The translations under genes and the position numbers were made by a program. Positions 36,300 to 45,389 of a stretch of DNA of 64,000 bases are shown one piece after another (position 1 is the first letter of the stretch; each line of letters begins with the position of its first letter). The DNA is from Clostridia bacterium (GTDB lineage Bacteria > Bacillota > Clostridia > UBA1212 > UBA1255). Location: assembly GCA_017560765.1 (NCBI GenBank), contig JAFZEI010000015.1, positions 397 through 64,396 on the forward strand. Reading direction: 5' to 3'. The notes beneath the pieces are model-generated. The model saw nothing but the letters and a program-made list of their open reading frames with translations, did no database searches and was not told the origin of the DNA.

Positions 36300-39200
36300 T
36301 TATTCCTGTACCTCGTAAAGATCTTTCATCTTAAGCAAGCGATTGTAACGAGCCTTAGCCTCTTCCTCTGCCTCAGCAAAGAGTTTTTCTGCTCTTTCAG
36401 GGAATTGCTGTTTAAGACGACTGTAACGTGTCTCACTCTCAATAAATGCAATGTAACTCTCAGTAGGAGCTTTGCAATCAATTGTAAGAGGATTCTTGCC
36501 TTCTGCCTTAAGCTCAGGATTGAAACGGAATGTCTGCCAGTAACCTGCAGCAACTGCCTTCTTCATCTCCTCTTGGCAATTTGACATACCGCCTTTAACA
36601 CCATGCATCTCACAAGGAGCATATCCGATGATGATTGAAGGTCCTTTGTATGCTTCCGCCTCTTTCAATGCTTTAATAGTCTGATTCATATCAGCACCCA
36701 TAGCAATTTGAGCCACGTAAACATATCCGTATGACATAGCAATTTCAGCGAGATTCTTCTTGCCTATTGCCTTACCTGCTGCAGCAAACTGAGCAACCTG
36801 ACCAAGACGGCTTGCCTTAGAAGCCTGACCACCTGTATTAGAGTAAACCTCTGTATCGAATACCATGATATTTACGTCCTCACCGGAAGCAATAACATGG
36901 TCAAGACCGCCAAATCCAATATCATAAGCCCAACCGTCTCCGCCGAAAATCCAAACTGACTTCTTAGCGAGGAATTCTTTGCTTGAAAGGATTTCTTTAC
37001 GCTCACAGCAATCACAATCAATACTTTCAAGTTTTGCAATAAGTTTCTCAGAAGCAACTGCATTTGCTGCTCCGTCATCTACAGTATCAAGATATGCTGT
37101 GCAAAGTTCTTTAAGCTCAGCACATTCTGTTCTGCCGGCAATTCTCTCAACGCAAGCAATAAGTCTGTCTCTTACAGCTTTTTGTCCCAAGAACATACCA
37201 AGACCATGCTCAGCATTATCCTCAAACAAGCTGTTACCCCATGCAGGACCGCGACCTGAATCACGGTTAACTGTATAAGGAGTTGCAGGAGCACTACCAC
37301 CCCAAATAGAAGAACATCCTGTTGCGTTTGAAATATACATACGTTCACCAAAGAGCTGTGTAATAAGTCTTGCGTATGATGTCTCTGCACAACCTGCACA
37401 TGAGCCTGAGAATTCAAGCAAGGGCTGGTTGAACTGGCTTCCCTTAACAGTGAAGTCGCTGAAAGATGTAGGTTTCTTTGTAACAGTTGCAACTGTATAA
37501 TCGAATGCATCTTGTTGAGCTGCCTGAGACTCTTGAGAAACCATCTTAAGAGCTTTTTCTTTAGCAGGACAAACTTTAACACAAAGTCCGCATCCCATAC
37601 AATCAAGAGGACTGATTGACATTGTGAATGTGTATTCCTCACAGCCTTTACCCTTCATTTGAACTTTCTTTGTTGACTCAGGAGCTGCGTCTGCCTCTTC
37701 TTTGCTCATCGCAAAAGGACGAATTGTAGCATGAGGACAAACATAAGCACACTGGTTACATTGAATACAGTTCTCCGGAATCCACTCGGGCACATCTACT
37801 GCAACACCGCGTTTTTCGAAAGCAGAAGAACCTTGCGGGAAAGTACCGTCTGCCATATCAGCAAATACTGAAACAGGCAATGAGTCTCCCTGCATCATAC
37901 CAACAGGCTTCAATATCTCGTTAACAAATTTAACCATTTCAGGACGATTGCTCTTAACGTCAGAAGCTACAGCATCAGACTTTGCATCTTTCCATGAAGT
38001 AGGAACATCAATTTTAACGATAGCATCTACACCTGCATCGATTGCTTTGTAGTTCATTTCAACTACTGCCTCACCTTTTTTAAGGTAAGACTTCTTAGCA
38101 GCAGCCTTCATGTAATCTACAGCTTCTTCGATAGGCATAATGTTCGCAAGAGCAAAGAATGCAGATTGGAGAATTGTATTTGTTCTCTTACCCATACCGA
38201 TTTCTCTTGCTTTATCAATAGCATTTACTATATAGAACTTAACGTCATTTTCTGCAATATACTTCTTTGCCTCTGCAGGAAGGTGCTTTTCAACCTCCTC
38301 AGGTGTCCATTGACAGTTAAGAAGGAAAATTCCGCCGGGTTTAACGTCATTTACAATCTTATATCCCTTAACTATATATGAAGGATTGTGGCAAGCTACA
38401 AAGTCAGCTTTTGTTACATAATATGAAGACTTAATAGCCTTATCACCAAAACGCAAGTGCGAAATTGTTACGCCGCCTGTTTTCTTAGAGTCATACTGGA
38501 AGTATGCCTGAATAAACTTGTCTGTATGGTCACCGATAATTTTGATTGAGTTCTTGTTTGCACCAACAGTTCCGTCACCGCCGAGACCCCAGAACTTACA
38601 GCTGATTGTGCCTGCAGGAGCTGTATCCGGAGCAACTTTCTCTTCTAATGAACGATTTGTAACGTCATCAACAATACCGATAGAGAAGTTAGCCTTAGGC
38701 TCGTCTGCTTTGAGGTTCTCATATACTGCAAATATGCTTTGCGGAGGAGTATCTTTTGAACCGAGACCGTAACGGCCACCTACAACTTTAGCGTTTATAC
38801 CTTTTGTTGCAAGAGCAGTAACAACATCCAAGTAAAGAGGCTCACCCAAAGATCCGGGCTCTTTTGTTCTGTCAAGAACTGCGATTTTCTTTGCTGTAGC
38901 AGGAATTGCTTCAACAAGTTTTTCTGCGCTGAAAGGTCTGTAAAGACGAACTTTAACGAGACCTACTTTCTCGCCTTGTGCGAGCATATAATCGATAACT
39001 TCTTCAGCTACATCACAGATTGAACCCATTGCTACGATAACTCTGTCTGCATCGGGTGCACCATAGTAGTTAAAGAGTTTGTAATTTGTACCGATTTCAG
39101 CATTAACCTTATCCATATATTCTTCAACAATTGCAGGAAGAGCATCGTAATATTTATTACATGCTTCTCTGTGCTGGAAGAAAATGTCTCCGTTTTCTGC

Positions 39201-39854
39201 ACTACCTCTCAATACGGGATGTTCAGGATTGAGAGCTCTTTTACGGAATGCTGCTAAAGCGTCTTGATCGATCATTCCTTTGAGAACATCATAGTCCCAA
39301 GCTTCTATCTTTGAAATCTCATGAGAAGTACGGAAACCATCAAAGAAGTTAACAAACGGCACGCGACCTTTTATTGTTGAAAGGTGACAAACTGCACCTA
39401 AATCCATTACTTCTTGAGGATTTGTACAAGCCATCATTGCAAAACCTGTTTGACGGCAAGCATATACGTCTGAATGATCTCCGAAAATATTAAGTGCGTG
39501 TGATGCTACACATCTTGCTGATACGTGAATAACGCAAGGTAAAAGCTCACCGGCAATTTTATACATATTAGGAATCATCAGGAGTAAACCTTGTGAAGCA
39601 GTATAAGTTGTTGTAAGAGCTCCGGCTGCCAAGCTGCCATGTACAGTTCCGGCAGCACCTGCCTCTGACTGCATTTCCATAACTCTTACATTATCACCGA
39701 AAATATTCTTAAGGCCTGTTGCTGACCATGAGTCAGTAAGCTCAGCCATAACACTGGACGGTGTAATAGGATAAATACTTGCTACCTCTGTGAATGCATA
39801 ACTCACATGAGCGGCAGCTGTATTACCGTCCATTGAAATCTTTTTTCTTGCCAT
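36300..39854 (-). CDS. nifJ: Pyruvate:ferredoxin (flavodoxin) oxidoreductase
   Basis: 1184 aa. Two ferredoxin-type clusters (CIQCNQCAYVCPH and CMGCGLCVKVCP), a TPP-binding region GGDGWAYDIG, and full-length PFOR architecture. Confidence 0.97.
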   Translation of the reverse strand: MARKKISMDGNTAAAHVSYAFTEVASIYPITPSSVMAELTDSWSATGLKNIFGDNVRVMEMQSEAGAAGTVHGSLAAGALTTTYTASQGLLLMIPNMYKIAGELLPCVIHVSARCVASHALNIFGDHSDVYACRQTGFAMMACTNPQEVMDLGAVCHLSTIKGRVPFVNFFDGFRTSHEISKIEAWDYDVLKGMIDQDALAAFRKRALNPEHPVLRGSAENGDIFFQHREACNKYYDALPAIVEEYMDKVNAEIGTNYKLFNYYGAPDADRVIVAMGSICDVAEEVIDYMLAQGEKVGLVKVRLYRPFSAEKLVEAIPATAKKIAVLDRTKEPGSLGEPLYLDVVTALATKGINAKVVGGRYGLGSKDTPPQSIFAVYENLKADEPKANFSIGIVDDVTNRSLEEKVAPDTAPAGTISCKFWGLGGDGTVGANKNSIKIIGDHTDKFIQAYFQYDSKKTGGVTISHLRFGDKAIKSSYYVTKADFVACHNPSYIVKGYKIVNDVKPGGIFLLNCQWTPEEVEKHLPAEAKKYIAENDVKFYIVNAIDKAREIGMGKRTNTILQSAFFALANIMPIEEAVDYMKAAAKKSYLKKGEAVVEMNYKAIDAGVDAIVKIDVPTSWKDAKSDAVASDVKSNRPEMVKFVNEILKPVGMMQGDSLPVSVFADMADGTFPQGSSAFEKRGVAVDVPEWIPENCIQCNQCAYVCPHATIRPFAMSKEEADAAPESTKKVQMKGKGCEEYTFTMSISPLDCMGCGLCVKVCPAKEKALKMVSQESQAAQQDAFDYTVATVTKKPTSFSDFTVKGSQFNQPLLEFSGSCAGCAETSYARLITQLFGERMYISNATGCSSIWGGSAPATPYTVNRDSGRGPAWGNSLFEDNAEHGLGMFLGQKAVRDRLIACVERIAGRTECAELKELCTAYLDTVDDGAANAVASEKLIAKLESIDCDCCERKEILSSKEFLAKKSVWIFGGDGWAYDIGFGGLDHVIASGEDVNIMVFDTEVYSNTGGQASKASRLGQVAQFAAAGKAIGKKNLAEIAMSYGYVYVAQIAMGADMNQTIKALKEAEAYKGPSIIIGYAPCEMHGVKGGMSNCQEEMKKAVAAGYWQTFRFNPELKAEGKNPLTIDCKAPTESYIAFIESETRYSRLKQQFPERAEKLFAEAEEEAKARYNRLLKMKDLYEVQE

Positions 39855-39856
39855 AA

Positions 39857-40801
39857 TTATTTTGCCTCCTTAGCTGCGAGAATTTTCTCTGCAATTGCTT
39901 CTGCGTTCAGGCCGTATTTTTCGAGAAGTGCTGCAGGAGTTCCTGACTTACCGAATTTCTCCTCAACACCAATCATTTTAACTTTGCAAGGATAGTTCTG
40001 TGAAAGAGCCTCACAAACTGCGCCACCTAAACCACCTGATATATTATGCTCTTCAACAGTTACAATAAAACCTGTTTCTTTAGCAGCTTTTACAAGAATT
40101 TCTGTATCTATAGGCTTAATTGTATGCATATCGATAACTCTTGCATTAACGCCTTTTTCATCAAGAATTTCTGCAGCCTTCAAAGACTCCTGTACCATAA
40201 GGCCTGTTGCTACGATTGTAAGATCAGTACCTTCTTTAATTTCTACACCCTTACCAACTTCAAATTTGAATGTTTCGGGATCATGTACAGCTTCTACGCC
40301 AAGTCTTCCGAGACGAACGTATACAGGACCATCATGCTCGATAGCTGCTTTAATAGCAAGCTTTGTCTCAATCTCATCGCAAGGACTGAGTACCAACATA
40401 TTGGGAAGTGCTCTCATTACAGCAAGATCCTCAATACACTGATGTGATGCACCATCTTCACCAACTGTAAGACCTGCGTGTGTTGCGCAAACTTTTACGT
40501 TAAGTTTCGGATAGCATATAGCATTACGAATCTGCTCACATGCACGTTCTGCTGCAAAAATAGCAAATGTGCTGGCGAAGACAATTTTGCCTGTTGAAGC
40601 AAGACCTGCTGCAACGCTCATCATATTGCCTTCTGCAATACCCATATTAAAATGTCTCTCAGGATATACTTTTTTAAATGTATCTGTTTTTGTTGATTTT
40701 GACAAGTCGGCGTCAAGAACAATAATTCTCTCGTCTGCACCAAACTCTGCCAATGCTTTACCGTAAGCTTCTCTAGTTGCTACTTTACCCATTATTTTCA
40801 A
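39857..40801 (-). CDS. Transketolase, C-terminal (pyrimidine-binding) subunit
   Basis: 314 aa. FNMGIAEGNMMSVAAGLA and GEDGASHQ motifs. Confidence 0.95.
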   Translation of the reverse strand: MKIMGKVATREAYGKALAEFGADERIIVLDADLSKSTKTDTFKKVYPERHFNMGIAEGNMMSVAAGLASTGKIVFASTFAIFAAERACEQIRNAICYPKLNVKVCATHAGLTVGEDGASHQCIEDLAVMRALPNMLVLSPCDEIETKLAIKAAIEHDGPVYVRLGRLGVEAVHDPETFKFEVGKGVEIKEGTDLTIVATGLMVQESLKAAEILDEKGVNARVIDMHTIKPIDTEILVKAAKETGFIVTVEEHNISGGLGGAVCEALSQNYPCKVKMIGVEEKFGKSGTPAALLEKYGLNAEAIAEKILAAKEAK

Positions 40802-41658
40802 GCCTCCTCTGCGATTTCTTTATCGATTTTAGCCATAAGGGCATCAAGCTCTGAAATAGCCTGATCTCTCTGCTCCTGATTAGGTGCTGTACCGTGCCAT
40901 GCATAATTATTCTCCATGAAAGAAACACCCTTACCCTTTACACAGTGGCAAACAACCATTGTAGGCTTGCCTTTAACTGTCTTAGCTGTCTCGATGGCAT
41001 TTTTAATTTGCTCGTGATCATGTCCGTCTACGGAAATAACATTCCAACCGAAAGCTGCAAACTTGTCCGCAATCGGCTCAGGATTCATAACGTCTGTAAT
41101 ATTACCGTCAATTTGGAGTCCGTTATAATCAACGAAAGCTGTAAGGTTATCAAGTTTATAATGAGCGCCTGCCATAGCAGCCTCCCAAACCTGACCTTCT
41201 TCAATTTCTCCATCGCCGAGAATTGAGTATACTCTGTAATCTTTCTTGTCAATTTTTCCTGCAAGAGCCATACCTACAGCAGTAGAAATTCCCTGACCCA
41301 ATGAACCTGTTGACATATCAACTCCGGGAACGTAAGTCATGTTAGGATGTCCTTCTAAATAGCTGTCTACCTTACGGAATGTGTATAAATCCTCCTCAGG
41401 GAAGAAGCCCTTTACTGCAAGGGTTGCGTAAAGTGCAGGTGCACAGTGACCCTTTGAAAGAACAAATCTGTCTCTGTTGGGATCCTTAGGATTCTTTGTG
41501 TCAACTCTCATTTCAGCAAAATACAGTGTAGTAAAAATATCTGTACATGAGAGTGATCCGCCCGGATGTCCGGACTTTGCAGAAAATACTTCTTCTATAA
41601 TGTATTTTCTGATTTGAGTAGCTTTTTTCTGTAAATCAAGCTTTGTGCGCTTGTCCAT
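40798..41658 (-). CDS. Transketolase, N-terminal (TPP-binding) subunit
   Basis: 286 aa. SGHPGGSLS, LSKGHCAPALYA and GDGEIEEGQVWEA. Confidence 0.95.
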   Translation of the reverse strand: MDKRTKLDLQKKATQIRKYIIEEVFSAKSGHPGGSLSCTDIFTTLYFAEMRVDTKNPKDPNRDRFVLSKGHCAPALYATLAVKGFFPEEDLYTFRKVDSYLEGHPNMTYVPGVDMSTGSLGQGISTAVGMALAGKIDKKDYRVYSILGDGEIEEGQVWEAAMAGAHYKLDNLTAFVDYNGLQIDGNITDVMNPEPIADKFAAFGWNVISVDGHDHEQIKNAIETAKTVKGKPTMVVCHCVKGKGVSFMENNYAWHGTAPNQEQRDQAISELDALMAKIDKEIAEEA

Positions 41659-41745
41659 GATGTAATCTCCTCCATATCATAAAATTATTTAAATATAGCA
41701 TGAATTATAATAAACTGCCGAAGCAATCATTAACATAAATATAAA

Positions 41746-42198
41746 TTAGTTTCTGCCTTCTATTTCTGTGATAGTATCAAGTCTAACCTGATGTCTGCCA
41801 CCTTCAAATTCAGCATTTACCCACTCATCAACTATCATTTTGGCAAGCTCTGTTCCTACAACACGAGCGCCAAAGCAAAGAATGTTTGAATTATTGTGAA
41901 TCTTAGAAAGCTTTGCCGAAAAAGGTTCTGAACAAACTGCTGCCCTTATACCATTAACCTTATTTGCAGCAATGGAAATACCGATTCCCGTACCGCATAT
42001 AAGTATACCTCTTTCACATTCTCCCGAAGCAACAGCATTAGCCACCTCTTCTGCCTTTGCTGCATAATTGCTGGCAGTGGTAGATTCTGTGCCAAAATCT
42101 TTAACTTCTATTCCCTTCGATTCGAGATGTGCTTTAATAACTTCTTTAAGTGCTACCGCACTGTGATCGTTTCCTATTGCGTACATTTCTCTCTTCAA
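41746..42198 (-). CDS. rpiB: Ribose-5-phosphate isomerase B
   Basis: IGNDHSAV...GILICGTGIGISIAANK...R. The track start is a TTG, and ATG at 42186 is the alternative. Confidence 0.93.
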   Translation of the reverse strand: MKREMYAIGNDHSAVALKEVIKAHLESKGIEVKDFGTESTTASNYAAKAEEVANAVASGECERGILICGTGIGISIAANKVNGIRAAVCSEPFSAKLSKIHNNSNILCFGARVVGTELAKMIVDEWVNAEFEGGRHQVRLDTITEIEGRN

Positions 42199-42257
42199 GC
42201 CTCCTATTGTTTTTTTACAGTCTTATACAGAAGCTTTACACTTCTTTCCAATTTATT

Positions 42258-42286
42258 ATTATACACCCTCAGCTTTTAAAATTCAA
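42258..42286 (-). promoter_or_regulatory. Sigma-A promoter of rpiB-tkt-nifJ
   Basis: Minus strand reads TTGAAT (42286-42281), N17, TATAAT (42263-42258). Confidence 0.6.
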
Positions 42287-42288
42287 TT

Positions 42289-42321
42289 AAAAAAAGACAG
42301 TTTCGCGGGAAACTGTCTTTT
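42289..42321 (-). terminator. Rho-independent terminator of the small surface-protein gene
   Basis: Perfect 10-bp stem AGACAGTTTC/GAAACTGTCT with a 4-nt loop, followed by a T7 tail on the minus strand. Confidence 0.85.
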
Positions 42322-42343
42322 AAAAACACGCTATTTTAACAGA

Positions 42344-43108
42344 TTATGCAAAAATCTTCTTTTTTGCAACTACAGTCAATGCCAAGGCAGCAATTACAAC
42401 CAAGAAAACAACACTTACATCTCCTGAATTGGGATTCTTGTTGGGATCTTGTGGCTTTGTTTCGTCTTTATCTGTGTCTGTATTTGTATCTTTATCTGTA
42501 TCTGTGTCTGTGTCGGCATCATTATCTGTATCGCCCTCACCTGCGGAAATATATGCCTGAGCTTCTTCCACAGTTTTAAACATAGCTACCCAGTCAACAT
42601 CAACTACCGCACCGCTTGCGTTTACAGGATCAATTCTAAACCATTTTACTTCGTCTACCCACTTGTCTAATGATGATCCGTCAGCAATTACATACTGCCA
42701 GTCAGTATTCTCTGCATCAATATCTCCTGTGGCACAAGCAGCTCCGCCTTTGATAAGAATCTGAAGTCTCATATTGTCTGCAGGAGTTACAATTCTCATT
42801 TTTGCAACAACTACCTTGAGAGTATTACAATCAATCGGATCTAATCCCGCACTTGTAATATCTCCTGCATGAGCGCCGGCTGATGATGTACCGGGATAAA
42901 TATATCCGTCTCCGCTCTTATCAGTTAAAGTAACATATTCATCCTCTACTTTAATTGTAGAAACAGTAGGTATTGTAAGACCTTCATCTGCGCCTTGCTC
43001 TGCACTACCTAAATCCCAAAACCATCCCGGTTCTGCTGCGAAAGCCGGAACAACACTTGCACTTAAAATAAGTACAACCATAATCATTAAAGCAACTAAT
43101 TTTTTCAT
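42344..43108 (-). CDS. Secreted surface protein: signal peptide, about 150-aa domain shared with the 1378-aa protein, D/T-rich linker, C-terminal sorting-signal-like anchor
   Basis: MKKLVALMIMVVLILSASVVPAFA signal peptide, VVDVDWVAMFKTVEEAQAY domain end, DTDNDADTDTDTDKDTNTDTDKD linker, and NPNSGD followed by a hydrophobic 18-mer and KKKIFA. Confidence 0.65.
   Translation of the reverse strand: MKKLVALMIMVVLILSASVVPAFAAEPGWFWDLGSAEQGADEGLTIPTVSTIKVEDEYVTLTDKSGDGYIYPGTSSAGAHAGDITSAGLDPIDCNTLKVVVAKMRIVTPADNMRLQILIKGGAACATGDIDAENTDWQYVIADGSSLDKWVDEVKWFRIDPVNASGAVVDVDWVAMFKTVEEAQAYISAGEGDTDNDADTDTDTDKDTNTDTDKDETKPQDPNKNPNSGDVSVVFLVVIAALALTVVAKKKIFA
42464..42533 (-). repeat. Imperfect GTNTCT/GTATCT hexanucleotide repeat encoding the Asp/Thr-rich linker
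   Basis: Plus strand reads gtctttatctgtgtctgtatttgtatctttatctgtatctgtgtctgtgtcggcatcattatctgtatc. Confidence 0.7.
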
Positions 43109-43251
43109 TTTTGCCTCCTCCTAATTTTTAAAAATTATCTAATCTAGATTCATAATCCACAGTATATTTCAATGCATCGGATATGTCAATTGTAATTTTT
43201 TTCTTCGATTTGCATATACTTACAATAAAACTATAGGAGAAGAAGATATTT

Positions 43252-44127
43252 ATGAAAGATGGATACTATTACTTTTTACCTGCCTATTTAGAAAAGGAAA
43301 AATCTAACAAATATGAAGCTGACAAGTCTTTAGGATATATTTCAATCACATGTGCTCCCGATCGGCATGTTTTTTCTATTCAATGTAGTCTAAACAAAGA
43401 TAAAATTCAGGCTATTGCCAACAGACGCACTCCGATTGAGCTTTACATAAGTCCCGTAACTTATGTAACAAACACATCTGTGTATATCGGTCGCTTTTCT
43501 CTCTCTTCTAAAAATCATTTGTTTTTAGACGCCTCCTTATCAAGCAGGCAAATACTTCCGGAAGAAGACAACCAATACATAATTGTCACTTCCGGCGGCA
43601 GAACATTGATATACTCTCTCATACAAGAAAAACGTCCCGAACCGGTTATAACCGATGAGACTCATTCTGCAAATACCTTCGGAGAAATATTTGATCCTTT
43701 TAACACTACCAATCCTGCCTATAAATGGTTTATACATTATGCCAAAAGCCAAGGCGAGCTGGAAAGAATATTCCGTACATTAAAAATACACCCGGAAATG
43801 TTCGGGAAAATTAATAACTATAATACCGGATTTTCGTCTGATACATTCATTAAAACGGCATACTACGCTCTTCGCGTAACAGGGCACATTTTGCGAGGTG
43901 AATACAGCGATCCGATAAGTGATAGATTTTTTACAGTTATAGGCTTACCCGGCTGGAATATTCGAAACAGAAAAAAATCCGCCCCTTCCATTCGCATATA
44001 CGCTCGCTGGATTACAGCCCAAAACAAGCCTGCAAAGCTTAACGCCGGCAACTACAATGGATATTGGCTATATTACTTTGATAAAGAAACGGGTTATCCT
44101 GTAAAAGCCGTTCTTAAAAATAATTAA
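43252..44127 (+). CDS. Hypothetical cytoplasmic protein (no family recognised with confidence)
   Basis: 291-aa ORF with GGAG upstream, no signal peptide and no TM segment. The C-terminal FFTVIGLPGW...GYWLYYFDKETG pattern is reminiscent of an uncharacterised Clostridia-wide family. This is from memory and unverified. Confidence 0.5.
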   Translation: MKDGYYYFLPAYLEKEKSNKYEADKSLGYISITCAPDRHVFSIQCSLNKDKIQAIANRRTPIELYISPVTYVTNTSVYIGRFSLSSKNHLFLDASLSSRQILPEEDNQYIIVTSGGRTLIYSLIQEKRPEPVITDETHSANTFGEIFDPFNTTNPAYKWFIHYAKSQGELERIFRTLKIHPEMFGKINNYNTGFSSDTFIKTAYYALRVTGHILRGEYSDPISDRFFTVIGLPGWNIRNRKKSAPSIRIYARWITAQNKPAKLNAGNYNGYWLYYFDKETGYPVKAVLKNN

Positions 44128-44627
44128 AGAAACATGCATACTATTCCGGCTGATATTGCCGAAATAAAATTTGCTGTTAATGCTGCCGGAAGTACTCCCG
44201 GCAATTTTCTTATTTTTGTTTTCTCTGTATACACTGCCATTGTGTAAAATATTGTTTCTGTAGAGCCCATCATTACACAAGCCGTTCTTGCTTCGTATGA
44301 ATCCGCTCCGCATTTTGTCATTATATCTCTCAATGTTGCTAAGGACGCACTGCCCGAAACCGGTCTTATAAGCACAAGAGGAAAAATTTCTCCGTTTATT
44401 CCTATTTTCTTTAGGACAGGTGATGCAAAATCCACTAAAAACTCTAATATTCCCGAATCTCTGAAAACTCCTATTGCTACAATTAAGCCTATTAAGGAGG
44501 GAACTAATTTTATTATTGTCACTGCACCGTCTTTTGCGCCTTTTACAAAACTGTCAAAGCACGCCACCCCTTTTATAAAACCTATGATAACTATTATTAA
44601 AACAAATACAGGCAATATGTATGTCAT
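44124..44627 (-). CDS. spmB: Spore maturation protein B
   Basis: 167-aa membrane protein directly coupled to spmA (ATGA overlap), with nucleoside-recognition-type repeats. Confidence 0.88.
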   Translation of the reverse strand: MTYILPVFVLIIVIIGFIKGVACFDSFVKGAKDGAVTIIKLVPSLIGLIVAIGVFRDSGILEFLVDFASPVLKKIGINGEIFPLVLIRPVSGSASLATLRDIMTKCGADSYEARTACVMMGSTETIFYTMAVYTEKTKIRKLPGVLPAALTANFISAISAGIVCMFL

Positions 44628-45199
44628 ACTTTTCCCCCTTTTCGAAAAAACAACTTATTGCATATCACAAAAACAGTTAAAGAAAAAATCATCGAAACTA
44701 TAGAAACTATCCATGTTGGGATTAAAATATCCACAGGGGCAGAGGCACCTAATTCTGCACGCATCGCAATAACTGTAGTTGGGAGTAATTGAATTCCTGC
44801 AGAATTTATTACAAGAAACAAACAAACATCTTTTATGTTATTTTGCATTTCAGCAACTGCCTCTATTCCTGAAGGTGTCGCTCCGTTTCCTAATCCAAGA
44901 AAATTTGCAGCAAAATTTGTAACAATTGCATTTTGCGCTTTTTCATTCTTTCTTGCAGACGGAAAAAGGCTCGATATTATAGGTTTAACAATTTTCGAAA
45001 ACCATTTTACAGCCCCTGCATCTTCAAGTATTTTTATAATCCCACACCAAAGGGAAACAATTCCAATTAGCCCCACCGCAAATTCTACTGCCTCCTTTGC
45101 CGACGATATAATGCTGTTCATAATCATATCTGTCTTACCCAAAGCAATGCTTCCTCCGATACCAATTATCATAAGCAGAACCCATATAATATTAAGCAT
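44624..45199 (-). CDS. spmA: Spore maturation protein A
   Basis: MLNIIWVLL...NFLGLGNGATPSGIEAV...QLLPTTVIAMR closely parallels B. subtilis SpmA. The start is set at the third ATG (45199), 9 nt after GAGGTG. Confidence 0.9.
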   Translation of the reverse strand: MLNIIWVLLMIIGIGGSIALGKTDMIMNSIISSAKEAVEFAVGLIGIVSLWCGIIKILEDAGAVKWFSKIVKPIISSLFPSARKNEKAQNAIVTNFAANFLGLGNGATPSGIEAVAEMQNNIKDVCLFLVINSAGIQLLPTTVIAMRAELGASAPVDILIPTWIVSIVSMIFSLTVFVICNKLFFRKGGKV

Positions 45200-45293
45200 T
45201 TTCATCACCTCTAAATCGAAACATCTTTTTAAATATATGTTTCCTTATTCGGTTATATGCACTTTTGGTTTTCCATTTTTTGGCAAATAGCAC

Positions 45294-45307
45294 GGGAAAT
45301 ATTTCCC
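45294..45307. promoter_or_regulatory. Perfect 14-bp palindrome 6 nt upstream of the abrB -35 (candidate operator)
   Basis: GGGAAATATTTCCC is its own reverse complement. Confidence 0.35.
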
Positions 45308-45313
45308 ATAAAT

Positions 45314-45349
45314 TTGACATTATTCAACAATTTTGTTAATATTTCGTCA
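45314..45349 (+). promoter_or_regulatory. abrB sigma-A promoter with an overlapping Spo0A-box-like element
   Basis: TTGACA (45314-19), N17, TAATAT (45337-42). It is immediately followed by TTCGTCA (45343-49), which reads TGACGAA on the other strand and matches the 0A-box consensus TGNCGAA. Confidence 0.6.
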
Positions 45350-45389
45350 CATTCAGTTGAATGTTTTTTCTATATAAGGAGGTAAAAAA

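Noticed and set aside
37172-37642. 156-aa alternative-frame minus-strand ORF inside nifJ
   Set aside because: It is out of frame with the PFOR coding sequence, which is continuous and motif-complete. There is no independent RBS.
42464-42533. Short tandem repeat considered as a possible CRISPR or satellite
   Set aside because: The unit is only about 6 nt, imperfect, and in frame within a CDS, where it encodes a D/T linker. There is no spacer-repeat architecture.
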